This document shows positions 31,402-40,324 of a stretch of 64,000 nucleotides of DNA, piece after piece. Location of the stretch: contig CABZMF010000001.1 in the NCBI GenBank assembly GCA_902526795.1, forward strand, positions 720 through 64,719, written 5' to 3'. A model generated the notes under the pieces. That model was not told the DNA's origin. It worked only from the letters and a program-made list of their open reading frames with translations, and made no database searches. How positions within the stretch are numbered: position 1 is the first letter of the stretch; every line of letters begins with the position of its first letter. Origin of the DNA: an uncultured Fidelibacterota bacterium (GTDB taxonomy: Bacteria > Fidelibacterota > Marinisomatia > Marinisomatales > Marinisomataceae). The translations under genes and the position numbers were made by a program.

Positions 31402-31789
31402 CAAACTGTTTTTTGGCTTTATTTCAACTGTTGAAAAAGTTCTGCACTTAATTATACTGGGTATGGTAATGTTCCTTTGTTTTGAGGAAGTCATGTCTGC
31501 TGTAGACGGTGGCGGAATCAAAGTAGAGAGCGTTTTAATGCTGTTCATTTATCTAGAAATCATGCAAATGGTAAACATATTTTTTTCCACTGGAAAAATT
31601 CCAATAAGATATCCTTTGTATATTGGTATGTTTGCTCTTGCAAGACATATATCTTTTGATGATATAAAAGGCATTGATTCTTTATATCTTTCTGCTTCTG
31701 TAGCTCTATTGTCTTTGGCTCTTGTAGGCTTGGCATATAGAAACAAAATAATGAACAAAAACATTCCAGAGCTTCCAGAAAACGAATGA
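31394..31789 (+). CDS. PsiE (phosphate-starvation-inducible E) family membrane protein
   Basis: LMLFIYLEI..M...F..GKIPIRYPLYI..FALAR pattern; four TM segments. Confidence 0.75.
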   Translation: MNNKLFFGFISTVEKVLHLIILGMVMFLCFEEVMSAVDGGGIKVESVLMLFIYLEIMQMVNIFFSTGKIPIRYPLYIGMFALARHISFDDIKGIDSLYLSASVALLSLALVGLAYRNKIMNKNIPELPENE

Positions 31790-33285
31790 TAAAAAGGGTT
31801 TTTCCAAAAACTGCGCTAATATCTGTTTCTAACAAAGCTGGTATTTTGACATTTGCTAGATCGCTTCAAAAAAGTGGTGTGAAAATATTTGCAACTGGAG
31901 GCACAGCCTCGGTTTTACTTAATGGTGGAGTTGAGGTTTCAAAAGTTTCGTCTCTTTCTCGATTTCCTGAGATTTTTGGAGGCAGGGTAAAAACTCTTAG
32001 TCCTTATATCTCTGGAGGAATACTTGGACAAAGAGACAAAGACGAGGTTGAAGCAAAGGACAATAAAATTACTTGGATAGATCTGGTTGTTTGTAATTTA
32101 TACCCTTTTTCAGACGTTGCTAAAAATCCTTCCTCTACAATGAGCGAAAAAATAGAAAGTATTGATATTGGTGGGCCAACCATGATCAGGGCAGCAGCAA
32201 AAAATTTTAAGTGGGTCGGTGTTGTTGTAAGCCCAAAAGATTATCATTCTGTGGCAAGAACAATTTCAAGTGGTGGTCTTACGGAAAAAAAGCGCTTTGA
32301 CCTTTCCAAGAAAGCTTTTGAACACTGTGCAGAGTATGATCAAACAATTTTCGAATCATTATCTGGGAAAAAGGTCGAAGATATGTCATTAAGGTATGGG
32401 GAAAATCCGCACCAGAAAGCCTTTGTGGTTAGAGATGATACGGGCTCTTCTGTTGGCATTCCACAAGCCAAACAAATTCAAGGTAAAAGGTTGTCATATA
32501 ATAATTTTTTAGATGGAGACGCTGCTTTACAGTGTTTATCGGAGTTTAAAAATTCTCCAGCCTGTATTATTGTAAAACACAACTCTCCTTGTGGAGTGGG
32601 TACAGGGGAAAACATAGAAGAGGCTTTTGATAGGGCTTTTGATGTTGACAGTTCATCTGCTTTTGGGGGTGTAGTTGCGCTTAACAGAAAGTGTTCTGTT
32701 GGCCTTGCAAAAAAAATGAATAAAATCTTCTTCGAGATCATAGTTGCTCCATCTTTTGATTCTGGTTCTTTAAAGATATTTTCAAAAAAGAAAAATCTTC
32801 GCGTACTAAGCCTAAAACAATACTCTCCTCCAGGATTTTCAATAAAAACTATTGGTGGCGGAAGCCTTGGCCAAGAGCATGATGATTCAAAACTGTTCAA
32901 AAAACACCTTAGCATTCCCACAAAGAAAAAGTTGACTCAAAACCAAACTTCTACAGGCTTATTTGCTTGGAAGGTGGTTAAGCATACAAAGTCTAACGCT
33001 ATTGTTGTGGCTAAAAATAACAAAATTATTAGCATATCTGGGGGACAAACGAGCAGAGTTGATGCGACAAAAATTGCTTTTGAAAAGGCTAAAGTACCAA
33101 GAGGGTGTGTTGTGGCTTCTGATGCGTTTTTTCCTTTCAAAGACTCTATAGAAACAATGGCGAAATATGAAATTGCGGCTATAATTCAACCCGGTGGATC
33201 TATTAGAGATTCGGAGGTTGTAGAATCTTGTAATAAAAATAGAATCGCTATGGCATATACTGGCTTTAGGGTTTTTAAACACTAG
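31786..33285 (+). CDS. purH: AICAR transformylase/IMP cyclohydrolase
   Basis: ALISVSNK, GGRVKTL, IDIGGPTMIRAAAKN, RYGENPHQ, KHNSPCG, SDAFFPF, QPGGS.RD. Confidence 0.97.
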   Translation: MIKRVFPKTALISVSNKAGILTFARSLQKSGVKIFATGGTASVLLNGGVEVSKVSSLSRFPEIFGGRVKTLSPYISGGILGQRDKDEVEAKDNKITWIDLVVCNLYPFSDVAKNPSSTMSEKIESIDIGGPTMIRAAAKNFKWVGVVVSPKDYHSVARTISSGGLTEKKRFDLSKKAFEHCAEYDQTIFESLSGKKVEDMSLRYGENPHQKAFVVRDDTGSSVGIPQAKQIQGKRLSYNNFLDGDAALQCLSEFKNSPACIIVKHNSPCGVGTGENIEEAFDRAFDVDSSSAFGGVVALNRKCSVGLAKKMNKIFFEIIVAPSFDSGSLKIFSKKKNLRVLSLKQYSPPGFSIKTIGGGSLGQEHDDSKLFKKHLSIPTKKKLTQNQTSTGLFAWKVVKHTKSNAIVVAKNNKIISISGGQTSRVDATKIAFEKAKVPRGCVVASDAFFPFKDSIETMAKYEIAAIIQPGGSIRDSEVVESCNKNRIAMAYTGFRVFKH

Positions 33286-33293
33286 GGGTAATT

Positions 33294-34295
33294 GTGAAGG
33301 CTATACTTTGTAAAAAATTTGCACCGGTTTCAGAGCTCGTTTGGGAAGAAGTTGCTGATCCTGTAGCTGGACCTGGTGAAGTTGTCGTTGATATTAAAGC
33401 TGCCGGGTTAAACTATCCAGACAACCTTATTGTTCAAGGTTTATACCAGTTTCAACCAGAAAGGCCCTTTTCTCCAGGACATGAGGGTGCCGGGGTTGTC
33501 TCTTCTGTTGGAGAAGGCGTTGATCTTCACAAGGTTGGTGACAATGTTGCTTTCTTTAAAGGCTTTGGTGCGTTTGCAGAAAAAATTGTAGTTCCTGATA
33601 CTTTGGCATTTTCTATTCCGGAAAGTTTTCCTCACCATGTAGCTGCTGGAGTATTTATGACCTACGGAACCAGCTATCACGCCCTAGTTCAAAGAGCTAA
33701 TATTTCAAGACAGGACGAAGTGTTGGTTTTAGGTGCCGCCGGGGGGGTTGGTTTAGCAGCAATTGATATAGCCAAATCTTTTGGAGCAAGGGTCGTTGCA
33801 GCTGTTTCAACTGAAGAAAAAGGTGAAATTTGTTCAAGGTATGGTGTTGATGATATAGTGGTTTATGGAGAAAATAAGCTTAATGGGGGCGCTCAAAAAA
33901 ATTTCTCAAAAGAACTTAAAACGAAAAGTTCCAGGGGTGGATTTTCAATAATATATGATCCTATCGGCGACTGTTTTGCTGAGCCTGCTCTGCGTTCTAT
34001 TGGATGGGGTGGGACATACCTTGTTGTTGGGTTTGCTGCTGGAAAAATTCCCTCCTTTCCTGCAAACTTGATGCTTTTGAAAGGGTGTGCGGTTTCTGGT
34101 GTATTTATAGGAAGATTTCAGCAAGAAAACCCAAGTATATATTCTCAAAACCTTGTAGAAATCGGCAAGCTTGTAGCAGCCAAAAAACTAACCCCTTTCA
34201 TATCTGAGAAAATTCCAATGTCAGACTCTATTGAAGCAATTGAAAGAATTGCCAGGCGTGGTGTTGTAGGAAAGGTTGTGTTTGTTAACAGTTAG
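33294..34295 (+). CDS. NADPH:quinone oxidoreductase family (MDR superfamily)
   Basis: AAGLNYPD, PFSPGHEGAG, VLGAAGGVG, VVGFAAG. Confidence 0.9.
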   Translation: MKAILCKKFAPVSELVWEEVADPVAGPGEVVVDIKAAGLNYPDNLIVQGLYQFQPERPFSPGHEGAGVVSSVGEGVDLHKVGDNVAFFKGFGAFAEKIVVPDTLAFSIPESFPHHVAAGVFMTYGTSYHALVQRANISRQDEVLVLGAAGGVGLAAIDIAKSFGARVVAAVSTEEKGEICSRYGVDDIVVYGENKLNGGAQKNFSKELKTKSSRGGFSIIYDPIGDCFAEPALRSIGWGGTYLVVGFAAGKIPSFPANLMLLKGCAVSGVFIGRFQQENPSIYSQNLVEIGKLVAAKKLTPFISEKIPMSDSIEAIERIARRGVVGKVVFVNS

Positions 34296-34630
34296 CCAAG
34301 ATAAAGCAGTGCTAAACACAACGCCATTAATGCAACCGAGGGTAAAAATTTTCTAAACACACTTTTTACTCTTATGTGGGTAAGAATAGCAAAGAGCATT
34401 AATAATATTATTCCTTGTAGCCCAATACTGTTTAGCTCCGGCTTTGTGCTCAACAACATCACTGCACACGAAAGCTTTGCAATCCCCGTCAAATCTCTTA
34501 ACCAATCTGGATAGTTATAGTCTCTTCTAAATTCGGTAATTATATTGTCATACCTTACAACCCAAACAAAAAATAGGGCTGTTGAGATTACTATTTTAAG
34601 CACTGTTACAATCAATTCTGTGTTCATCAT
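34292..34630 (-). CDS. DoxX-like membrane protein
   Basis: 112 aa, four hydrophobic segments, EF..YNYPDW.R...G..K and HIRVK patterns. Confidence 0.7.
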   Translation of the reverse strand: MMNTELIVTVLKIVISTALFFVWVVRYDNIITEFRRDYNYPDWLRDLTGIAKLSCAVMLLSTKPELNSIGLQGIILLMLFAILTHIRVKSVFRKFLPSVALMALCLALLYLG

Positions 34631-34641
34631 GTTCCTCTCTT

Positions 34642-35259
34642 TTAATAGTCTGGTGGTAATAATTTTTTAATTTTTTGCATTACTTTTTCTGTTGTTTTTT
34701 CAACATCGTCGTCTCTTTTAGTAAATATAGGGCTTCCAAATACAACCTTCACGTTTTCTCTTCGTGCTTTCTTAATTTTTTTTAAAACACCTCTTGTTCC
34801 GTGCACCCCTGTTGGAATTATTGGGATTTCGTTTTTTATTGCAAAATATGCAACGCCCTTTTTCCCTTTTTTTAAACCTTCTCCCTTAACTGTTCCTTCC
34901 GGGAAAATGCAAATTATTTCTTTCTTTTTTATTTGTTTTTGGATGTTCTTAATCGTTGATATTTGAAGGTTAGATCTGTTTACTAGCATAACACCATAAG
35001 TCCATGGCCCCCACGCTTTATACCATGGAAGCTTTGCTTGATCTTCAGCCATTAAATATGTAATCGGCTTTATAATTGCGGCAGTAATTGGTGCAGGATC
35101 AACATCATCTGTATGATTAGGCGCAAGTATATATGGACCCCTTTTAGGTAAATTTTGTTTTCCTTCAACAGAAAACTTTGTAAACACACCACACAAAAAT
35201 AAAGAAAAAAAACCAAGCAAATATCTAATCGGCCTGCTTCTTGGTTGGGGTCCTTTCAT
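34642..35259 (-). CDS. Lysophospholipid acyltransferase (PlsC family)
   Basis: NHTDDVD (HX4D) and IFPEGT motifs. Confidence 0.88.
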   Translation of the reverse strand: MKGPQPRSRPIRYLLGFFSLFLCGVFTKFSVEGKQNLPKRGPYILAPNHTDDVDPAPITAAIIKPITYLMAEDQAKLPWYKAWGPWTYGVMLVNRSNLQISTIKNIQKQIKKKEIICIFPEGTVKGEGLKKGKKGVAYFAIKNEIPIIPTGVHGTRGVLKKIKKARRENVKVVFGSPIFTKRDDDVEKTTEKVMQKIKKLLPPDY

Positions 35260-35262
35260 TTT

Positions 35263-35706
35263 TTAAAAGGGTAGATCGTCATCGTCTACAGTTTGATCTA
35301 GGCTTTCTTTTTTTGTTGGCTCTTGGTTCATTCCAGATGAAGAATCAAGATTGCTTTCACCCCCGCCTAAGATCTGTACACCCCCGAAGTTGTTTGCCAC
35401 AACCCCGGTTGAGTATCTGTCGTTACCTTCTTTGTCCTGCCACTTATCTGTTTTTAGAGAACCTTCTATATATACCAAAGTTCCCTTCTTTACATATGGC
35501 TGTACGTACTTTTCTGCCGTTTGCCCAAAAACGGTTACCTTTGTCCACTCTGTTCTTTCTTGCATTTCTCCGTCTTTTGACTTCCATGACTCGTTTGTGG
35601 CAACGCTAAAACTGGCGACTGCTCCTCCATCCCCTGTAAACCGAATTTCTGGATCTTGTCCAAGTCTTCCGATAAGTGTTACTTTATTTATTGTTCCTTT
35701 TGCCAT
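35263..35706 (-). CDS. ssb: Single-stranded DNA-binding protein
   Basis: INKVTLIGRLGQDPE, EW..V, G.LVYIEG.L.T..W, acidic DDDLPF tail. Confidence 0.97.
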   Translation of the reverse strand: MAKGTINKVTLIGRLGQDPEIRFTGDGGAVASFSVATNESWKSKDGEMQERTEWTKVTVFGQTAEKYVQPYVKKGTLVYIEGSLKTDKWQDKEGNDRYSTGVVANNFGGVQILGGGESNLDSSSGMNQEPTKKESLDQTVDDDDLPF

Positions 35707-35716
35707 TTTGCTTCCT

Positions 35717-37057
35717 TTAGTTAAGATTTAATTCGTTATAAATAATGTCTACTCTTCTTTTAAATTTATCGTCTTTTTTCAGTAGTTCTGAAACCTTTTT
35801 ATGCGCATGCATTATTGTTGTGTGATCTCTGCCCCCAAGATGAACCCCTATTTCGCTTAGTGGCATATCTAAAACCTCCCGCGCCATGTATGCTGCAACC
35901 TGTCTAGCTTCTGCTATGTTCTTTCTTCTAGACTGACCAACCAATTCTTCTTGGGTAACTGAAAATATACTGCACACCCCGCTCACCACATCCTGCATGT
36001 TCGCTTGCCCATATCCTTGATCGCCAAGCCTTTCTCTTATAATAGATTCCACCAAAGCTTCATTTATTTTATCTCTTGAAAGCGTGGCGTGTGCAAATAT
36101 TTTTGTTACACAACTTTCAAGATCTCTGATGTTTGTCCTTACGTGGGATGCAATTTTTTCCAAATGTCTCCCCTCTATATCTACGTTATTTTGTTGGGCC
36201 TTTTTTGACAAAATTGCAACACGTGTTTCAAAGTCTGGGGGCTGAATGTCGGCATGCAAGCCAGATTCAAACCTTGATAAGAGCCTATCCTGAAGCCCAA
36301 CCATTTCTCCTGGATATCTATCGGCCGTCATTACAATTTGTTTACCATTATTATAGAGCTCGTTAAAGGTGTGGAAAAACTGTTCCTGTGTTTGTTCTTT
36401 TCCTTGAAAAAACTGTATATCGTCTATTAATAATACGTCTGCCTTTCTATAAACCTTTGAAAAATCTAAAGTTTTGTTTGCTTGTATGCTTGCTATAAAG
36501 TCGTTTGTGAATTTTTCTGAAGAAGCCAAAACGATGTTGAGTTGCTTTTTTGCCCCTATTAACTCGTTTGCAATAGAATGTAGAAGGTGGGTTTTTCCAA
36601 GACCCACACCTCCATAAATAATAAGCGGGTTAAAGTCAGCAGATCCGGGTGCAATTGCTACTTTGCGGGCTGCATTTTTTGCAAAAATGTTATTTGGTCC
36701 CTCAATGAAAGAAGAAAATATATTAGATGGGTTAATGTTGTTTCTTTTTCCGGCGTTGCTTTGTTTTGTTGGTTCTTGTTTATCTAATTCTGTTGAGGAA
36801 ATACTTTGTTCTGACTGTGGAGCTATTGAAACCTTAAGCTCTAGTTTTTCATCAAGCTCTCTCAAAGAAGATAATATGATTTCATGATAGTTGTTAATAA
36901 TCCAATCGTATGCAAACTGATTTGGTGCTTCTATTATAAATATTTTATTGGTGACCCCAACTGGTGCTAGGGTTTCTATCCATGCCTCGTACGCGTGCAG
37001 GGGAAGGCTTTTTTTCAATTCTTCCTCTGTTTTTTTCCAAATTTCTTTATAGTTCAT
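35717..37057 (-). CDS. dnaA: Chromosomal replication initiator DnaA
   Basis: NPLIIYGGVGLGKTHLL, LLIDDIQF, FFHTFNEL, RLLSRF, GGRDHTTIMHA. Confidence 0.98.
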   Translation of the reverse strand: MNYKEIWKKTEEELKKSLPLHAYEAWIETLAPVGVTNKIFIIEAPNQFAYDWIINNYHEIILSSLRELDEKLELKVSIAPQSEQSISSTELDKQEPTKQSNAGKRNNINPSNIFSSFIEGPNNIFAKNAARKVAIAPGSADFNPLIIYGGVGLGKTHLLHSIANELIGAKKQLNIVLASSEKFTNDFIASIQANKTLDFSKVYRKADVLLIDDIQFFQGKEQTQEQFFHTFNELYNNGKQIVMTADRYPGEMVGLQDRLLSRFESGLHADIQPPDFETRVAILSKKAQQNNVDIEGRHLEKIASHVRTNIRDLESCVTKIFAHATLSRDKINEALVESIIRERLGDQGYGQANMQDVVSGVCSIFSVTQEELVGQSRRKNIAEARQVAAYMAREVLDMPLSEIGVHLGGRDHTTIMHAHKKVSELLKKDDKFKRRVDIIYNELNLN

Positions 37058-37060
37058 AAG

Positions 37061-37069
37061 TTATCCACA
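37061..37069 (+). promoter_or_regulatory. DnaA box immediately upstream of the dnaA start (probable autoregulation)
   Basis: Perfect TTATCCACA 3 nt from the dnaA ATG. Confidence 0.75.
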
Positions 37070-37209
37070 TGTTGTTAACATATTTTTTTTACTGTATTCA
37101 ACTACTTTACACTCTTTTTTTCTTCTTTGATAGGTTTTTTTGGTTTTTGATGCGCTTTTATTTGTTTTACAAATAGTTTTATTGGACTATATTTCGACAA
37201 GACATTGTT

Positions 37210-37350
37210 ATGAAAAGAACTTATCAGCCTAGCAACAGAAAAAGGAAAAATAAGCACGGTTTTATGAAAAGAAAATCGACCGTGGGCGGCAAAAGAGTGT
37301 TGTCCTCTCGCATGAAAAAAGGTCGTAAACGTCTTACCGTTTCTTCATAA
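37210..37350 (+). CDS. rpmH: 50S ribosomal protein L34
   Basis: Not in the ORF track. Hand translation: [46 protein letters not shown]. Confidence 0.96.
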   Translation: MKRTYQPSNRKRKNKHGFMKRKSTVGGKRVLSSRMKKGRKRLTVSS

Positions 37351-37351
37351 A

Positions 37352-39022
37352 ATGGATCGTAAGACACTCACTGGTTTTATATTAATCGGTGCAATTTTAT
37401 TATTGTGGCCAAGTTATCTAGAGCTTATTTCTCCTTCTGAAAAACCTCCCGAAAAAGATGTTTTACCTGACACCGCTATTATAGAAAAATACTCCCAGAC
37501 ATCAAATGGTATTTATAGCGAGCTCGATAAGACCCCCAACCAAGAGAGCAGATCTTTTACCATTGATGGGGGTTCATATGTTGCAAAAATTAATAATTCC
37601 GCTGGTGGCTCATTTTTGTCTTTTGATCTCAAAAAACACCTCAAAAGAGATGAAAAAAATCTTGACCTAATTGACAATATTAATAAAAAAAATCTTTTGG
37701 TTAGTTTTATAAATCAATCTGGAGAAGTTGTTGTGCTAGAAAATAATTGGTCTGTTGTTTCGGGGGCTTCGGCCACCCTGTCAGAAGGCTTCAATGAGGC
37801 TAAAGTTGCTTTTAAAACAAACTATATGGGCAGGACTATAACAAAAGAATTGACTTTTTACTACAACTCTTATGAGGTAGATGTTTCTGTGGGCTTGAGA
37901 GAGGTTAAAGATCTAACACTCGATGAAAAATATATGTTGTCTTGGTCTGGTGGGCTTCCTGAACACGAAGGATCTCAAGATGGTATGTTTATGGAGGGTT
38001 TGGTTAGCCAAGCAGGAAGTATAGAATCTTTTAGGGTTGGAGCATCGAGCTTCTTTGGTTCTTCAAACACCAAAAATATCAGCGAAGAAAACAAAAAATA
38101 TGTCGGCCAAGCTGATTTTGCTGGGTATAGAACCAAATATTTTGGTGTATTTTTTATACCTCAAAAGTCGGATATGGTTGAGATTATTAAATACCCTACC
38201 GCATCAAGGGCGGGCGTTGACATCAATATAATGCAAGATATAAACCTTGAAAAAAACAAATTGTATCTAGGGCCCTTAGACTACTCCAGCATAGAAAGCC
38301 TAAACGTTGGCTTAGAAAAAAAGATTCTTGGTTGGCAGTGGCTTTCGTCTGTTTCGTGGCTGGTATATAGTGTTATGATTTCTCTTTTTGGTCTTATACC
38401 AAATTACGGGGTTGTTGTTGTTTTGTTTGCGGTTTTAATTAAACTCGTTACATATCCTCTTATGGCTAAACAACTTAGGTCTTCCAAAAAGATGCAAGAG
38501 ATTTCTCCAATAATGAATAAAATTAAAACTAAATACAAAAATAACCCCGCCGTTCAACAACAAAAGATAGCAGCTCTTTTCCAGGAACATAAAATTAACC
38601 CCCTTGCTGGGTGCCTCCCTCTATTAATACAAATGCCTATTCTTATGTCTGTGTTCATGGTTTTTAGAAACACAATAGAGTTTAGGGGGGAGTCTTTCTT
38701 TTTGTGGATAAACGACCTTTCTGCTGCTGACACGCTTTTATATTTGGGTGAGATTCCTGTAAATGTACTACCATTTTTGATGTCGGCTTCTATGTACTAT
38801 ACAATGAAACTTAGTACTGCTAATCAGCCTGCCGGAGGAGATCCGGCGCAGGAAGCAACTCAACAAATGATGAAGTATATGTTTCCGGGTATGATGTTCT
38901 TTTTATTTTATTCGTTTCCGTCTGGTCTTAATTTATATTATTTGTGTTTTAACATAATGCAGATAGTGCAACAAAAAATAATAAACAACGAAACTCCAAA
39001 CGGTCCTCCTAGGGGCGGATAA
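37352..39022 (+). CDS. yidC: Membrane protein insertase YidC
   Basis: NYG..V.LF..LIKLV.YPL, NPLAGCLPLLIQMPI, F.WI.DLS..D, PSGL.LY. Confidence 0.95.
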   Translation: MDRKTLTGFILIGAILLLWPSYLELISPSEKPPEKDVLPDTAIIEKYSQTSNGIYSELDKTPNQESRSFTIDGGSYVAKINNSAGGSFLSFDLKKHLKRDEKNLDLIDNINKKNLLVSFINQSGEVVVLENNWSVVSGASATLSEGFNEAKVAFKTNYMGRTITKELTFYYNSYEVDVSVGLREVKDLTLDEKYMLSWSGGLPEHEGSQDGMFMEGLVSQAGSIESFRVGASSFFGSSNTKNISEENKKYVGQADFAGYRTKYFGVFFIPQKSDMVEIIKYPTASRAGVDINIMQDINLEKNKLYLGPLDYSSIESLNVGLEKKILGWQWLSSVSWLVYSVMISLFGLIPNYGVVVVLFAVLIKLVTYPLMAKQLRSSKKMQEISPIMNKIKTKYKNNPAVQQQKIAALFQEHKINPLAGCLPLLIQMPILMSVFMVFRNTIEFRGESFFLWINDLSAADTLLYLGEIPVNVLPFLMSASMYYTMKLSTANQPAGGDPAQEATQQMMKYMFPGMMFFLFYSFPSGLNLYYLCFNIMQIVQQKIINNETPNGPPRGG

Positions 39023-39024
39023 CC

Positions 39025-40311
39025 ATGACGATTGTTGCATGCTCAACTCCACCGGGCATAAGCGGTATAGCTGTTGTAAGGGTTTCGGGAAAAAATTCAA
39101 TTGAAAAAGTTTCCAGCTTTATAAAAGATAGTCCTTTTAATAAAAAAACACCGTTATCGAAGATTTGTTTTCTTGTTGACAAAGATGGGGTTGCTTTTGA
39201 TGAGGCTGTTGTTACTTCTTACATAGGTCCAAACTCGTATACAGGAGAAGACTTGGTTGAAATATCTTGTCACGGCAACCCAAAAATTATATCAAAAATT
39301 ATTGATCTCGCGGTTGATGTTGGTTCTAGGTTGGCCGAGCCTGGAGAATTTACGAAAACTGCCTTTTTAAACGGTAAACTTGATCTATCAGAAGCAGAAT
39401 CCGTTTCCTCTATTATCCACTCTATGTCAATTGTTGGAGTTAAAGCTGGGGTTAAAAACCTTAAGGGCGGGTTATCAGAGAAAATTAAGCTTATTAAATC
39501 TAATCTTATATCTCTCGTTGCAAACCTTGAATTTAATCTAGATATATCAGAAGAAGATTTGCAACCCGACCTCTTAGAAAGCTCTGAAAAAACCATCAAA
39601 AATGTGATTTGCTGGCTTGAAAAATGTATTATTACTTTTAATGAAACAAAAATGTTTCATAGCGGGGCATCTGTTGTTATTTTGGGGCCCCCAAACGCAG
39701 GAAAATCTACTCTTTTTAATTGTTTAGTAGATAAAAACCAATCTATTGTTACTAACGTAGAGGGTACCACGCGGGATGTAGTCGAAAAAAATATTGATAT
39801 TAACGGCCTCCCTGTTATTTTGAAAGATACAGCAGGGATTAGAAAGTCTGAAGATCTTGTTGAAAAGGTTGGTATAGAAAAGTCTTTTAATGAAGCAAGA
39901 GATGCTGATTTGATTCTCGTTTTAAACGACCCGGACAAAACATTTAATGACGGTAAGCATATTCATATTTTTAATAAATCTGATATTGAAAAGCCGGATG
40001 GAAACTATGATATTCTGATCTCTGCAAAGACGGGAAACAATGTTGAAAAATTAAAAAAAGTTATATACAAAAGCTTAGTACAAGGCAAAGCACACGACAC
40101 CCTTCTAACCTCAAAAAGGCAGTGTCTCGCTGTTGAGAGCTCGCTTAAACATATTAAAGAAGCTTATTCGCTTTTGGTTGGAGAAAATTCTCTTGAACTT
40201 TTGGTTGAGGACATCAACAGGTCAATACACTTCCTAGATGAAATAACCTCAAAAACCACAAAGGATGACATTCTCGATGCTGTTTTCTCTTCATTTTGCG
40301 TGGGGAAATAG
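39025..40311 (+). CDS. mnmE: tRNA modification GTPase MnmE
   Basis: STPPG.SGIAVVRVSG, SYTGED.VEISCHG, AEPGEFT..AFLNGKLDL, GPPNAGKSTL, GTTRD, FCVGK C-terminus. Confidence 0.97.
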   Translation: MTIVACSTPPGISGIAVVRVSGKNSIEKVSSFIKDSPFNKKTPLSKICFLVDKDGVAFDEAVVTSYIGPNSYTGEDLVEISCHGNPKIISKIIDLAVDVGSRLAEPGEFTKTAFLNGKLDLSEAESVSSIIHSMSIVGVKAGVKNLKGGLSEKIKLIKSNLISLVANLEFNLDISEEDLQPDLLESSEKTIKNVICWLEKCIITFNETKMFHSGASVVILGPPNAGKSTLFNCLVDKNQSIVTNVEGTTRDVVEKNIDINGLPVILKDTAGIRKSEDLVEKVGIEKSFNEARDADLILVLNDPDKTFNDGKHIHIFNKSDIEKPDGNYDILISAKTGNNVEKLKKVIYKSLVQGKAHDTLLTSKRQCLAVESSLKHIKEAYSLLVGENSLELLVEDINRSIHFLDEITSKTTKDDILDAVFSSFCVGK

Positions 40312-40324
40312 TTTCACGTGAAAC
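40311..40324. promoter_or_regulatory. parS centromere-like site 1
   Basis: Perfect palindrome GTTTCACGTGAAAC matching the parS consensus; overlaps the mnmE stop and the mnmG GTG start. Confidence 0.8.

Noticed and set aside
36214-36228. AACACGTGTT palindrome in dnaA as a third parS
   Set aside because: It shares only the CACGTG core; the flanks do not match the parS consensus.
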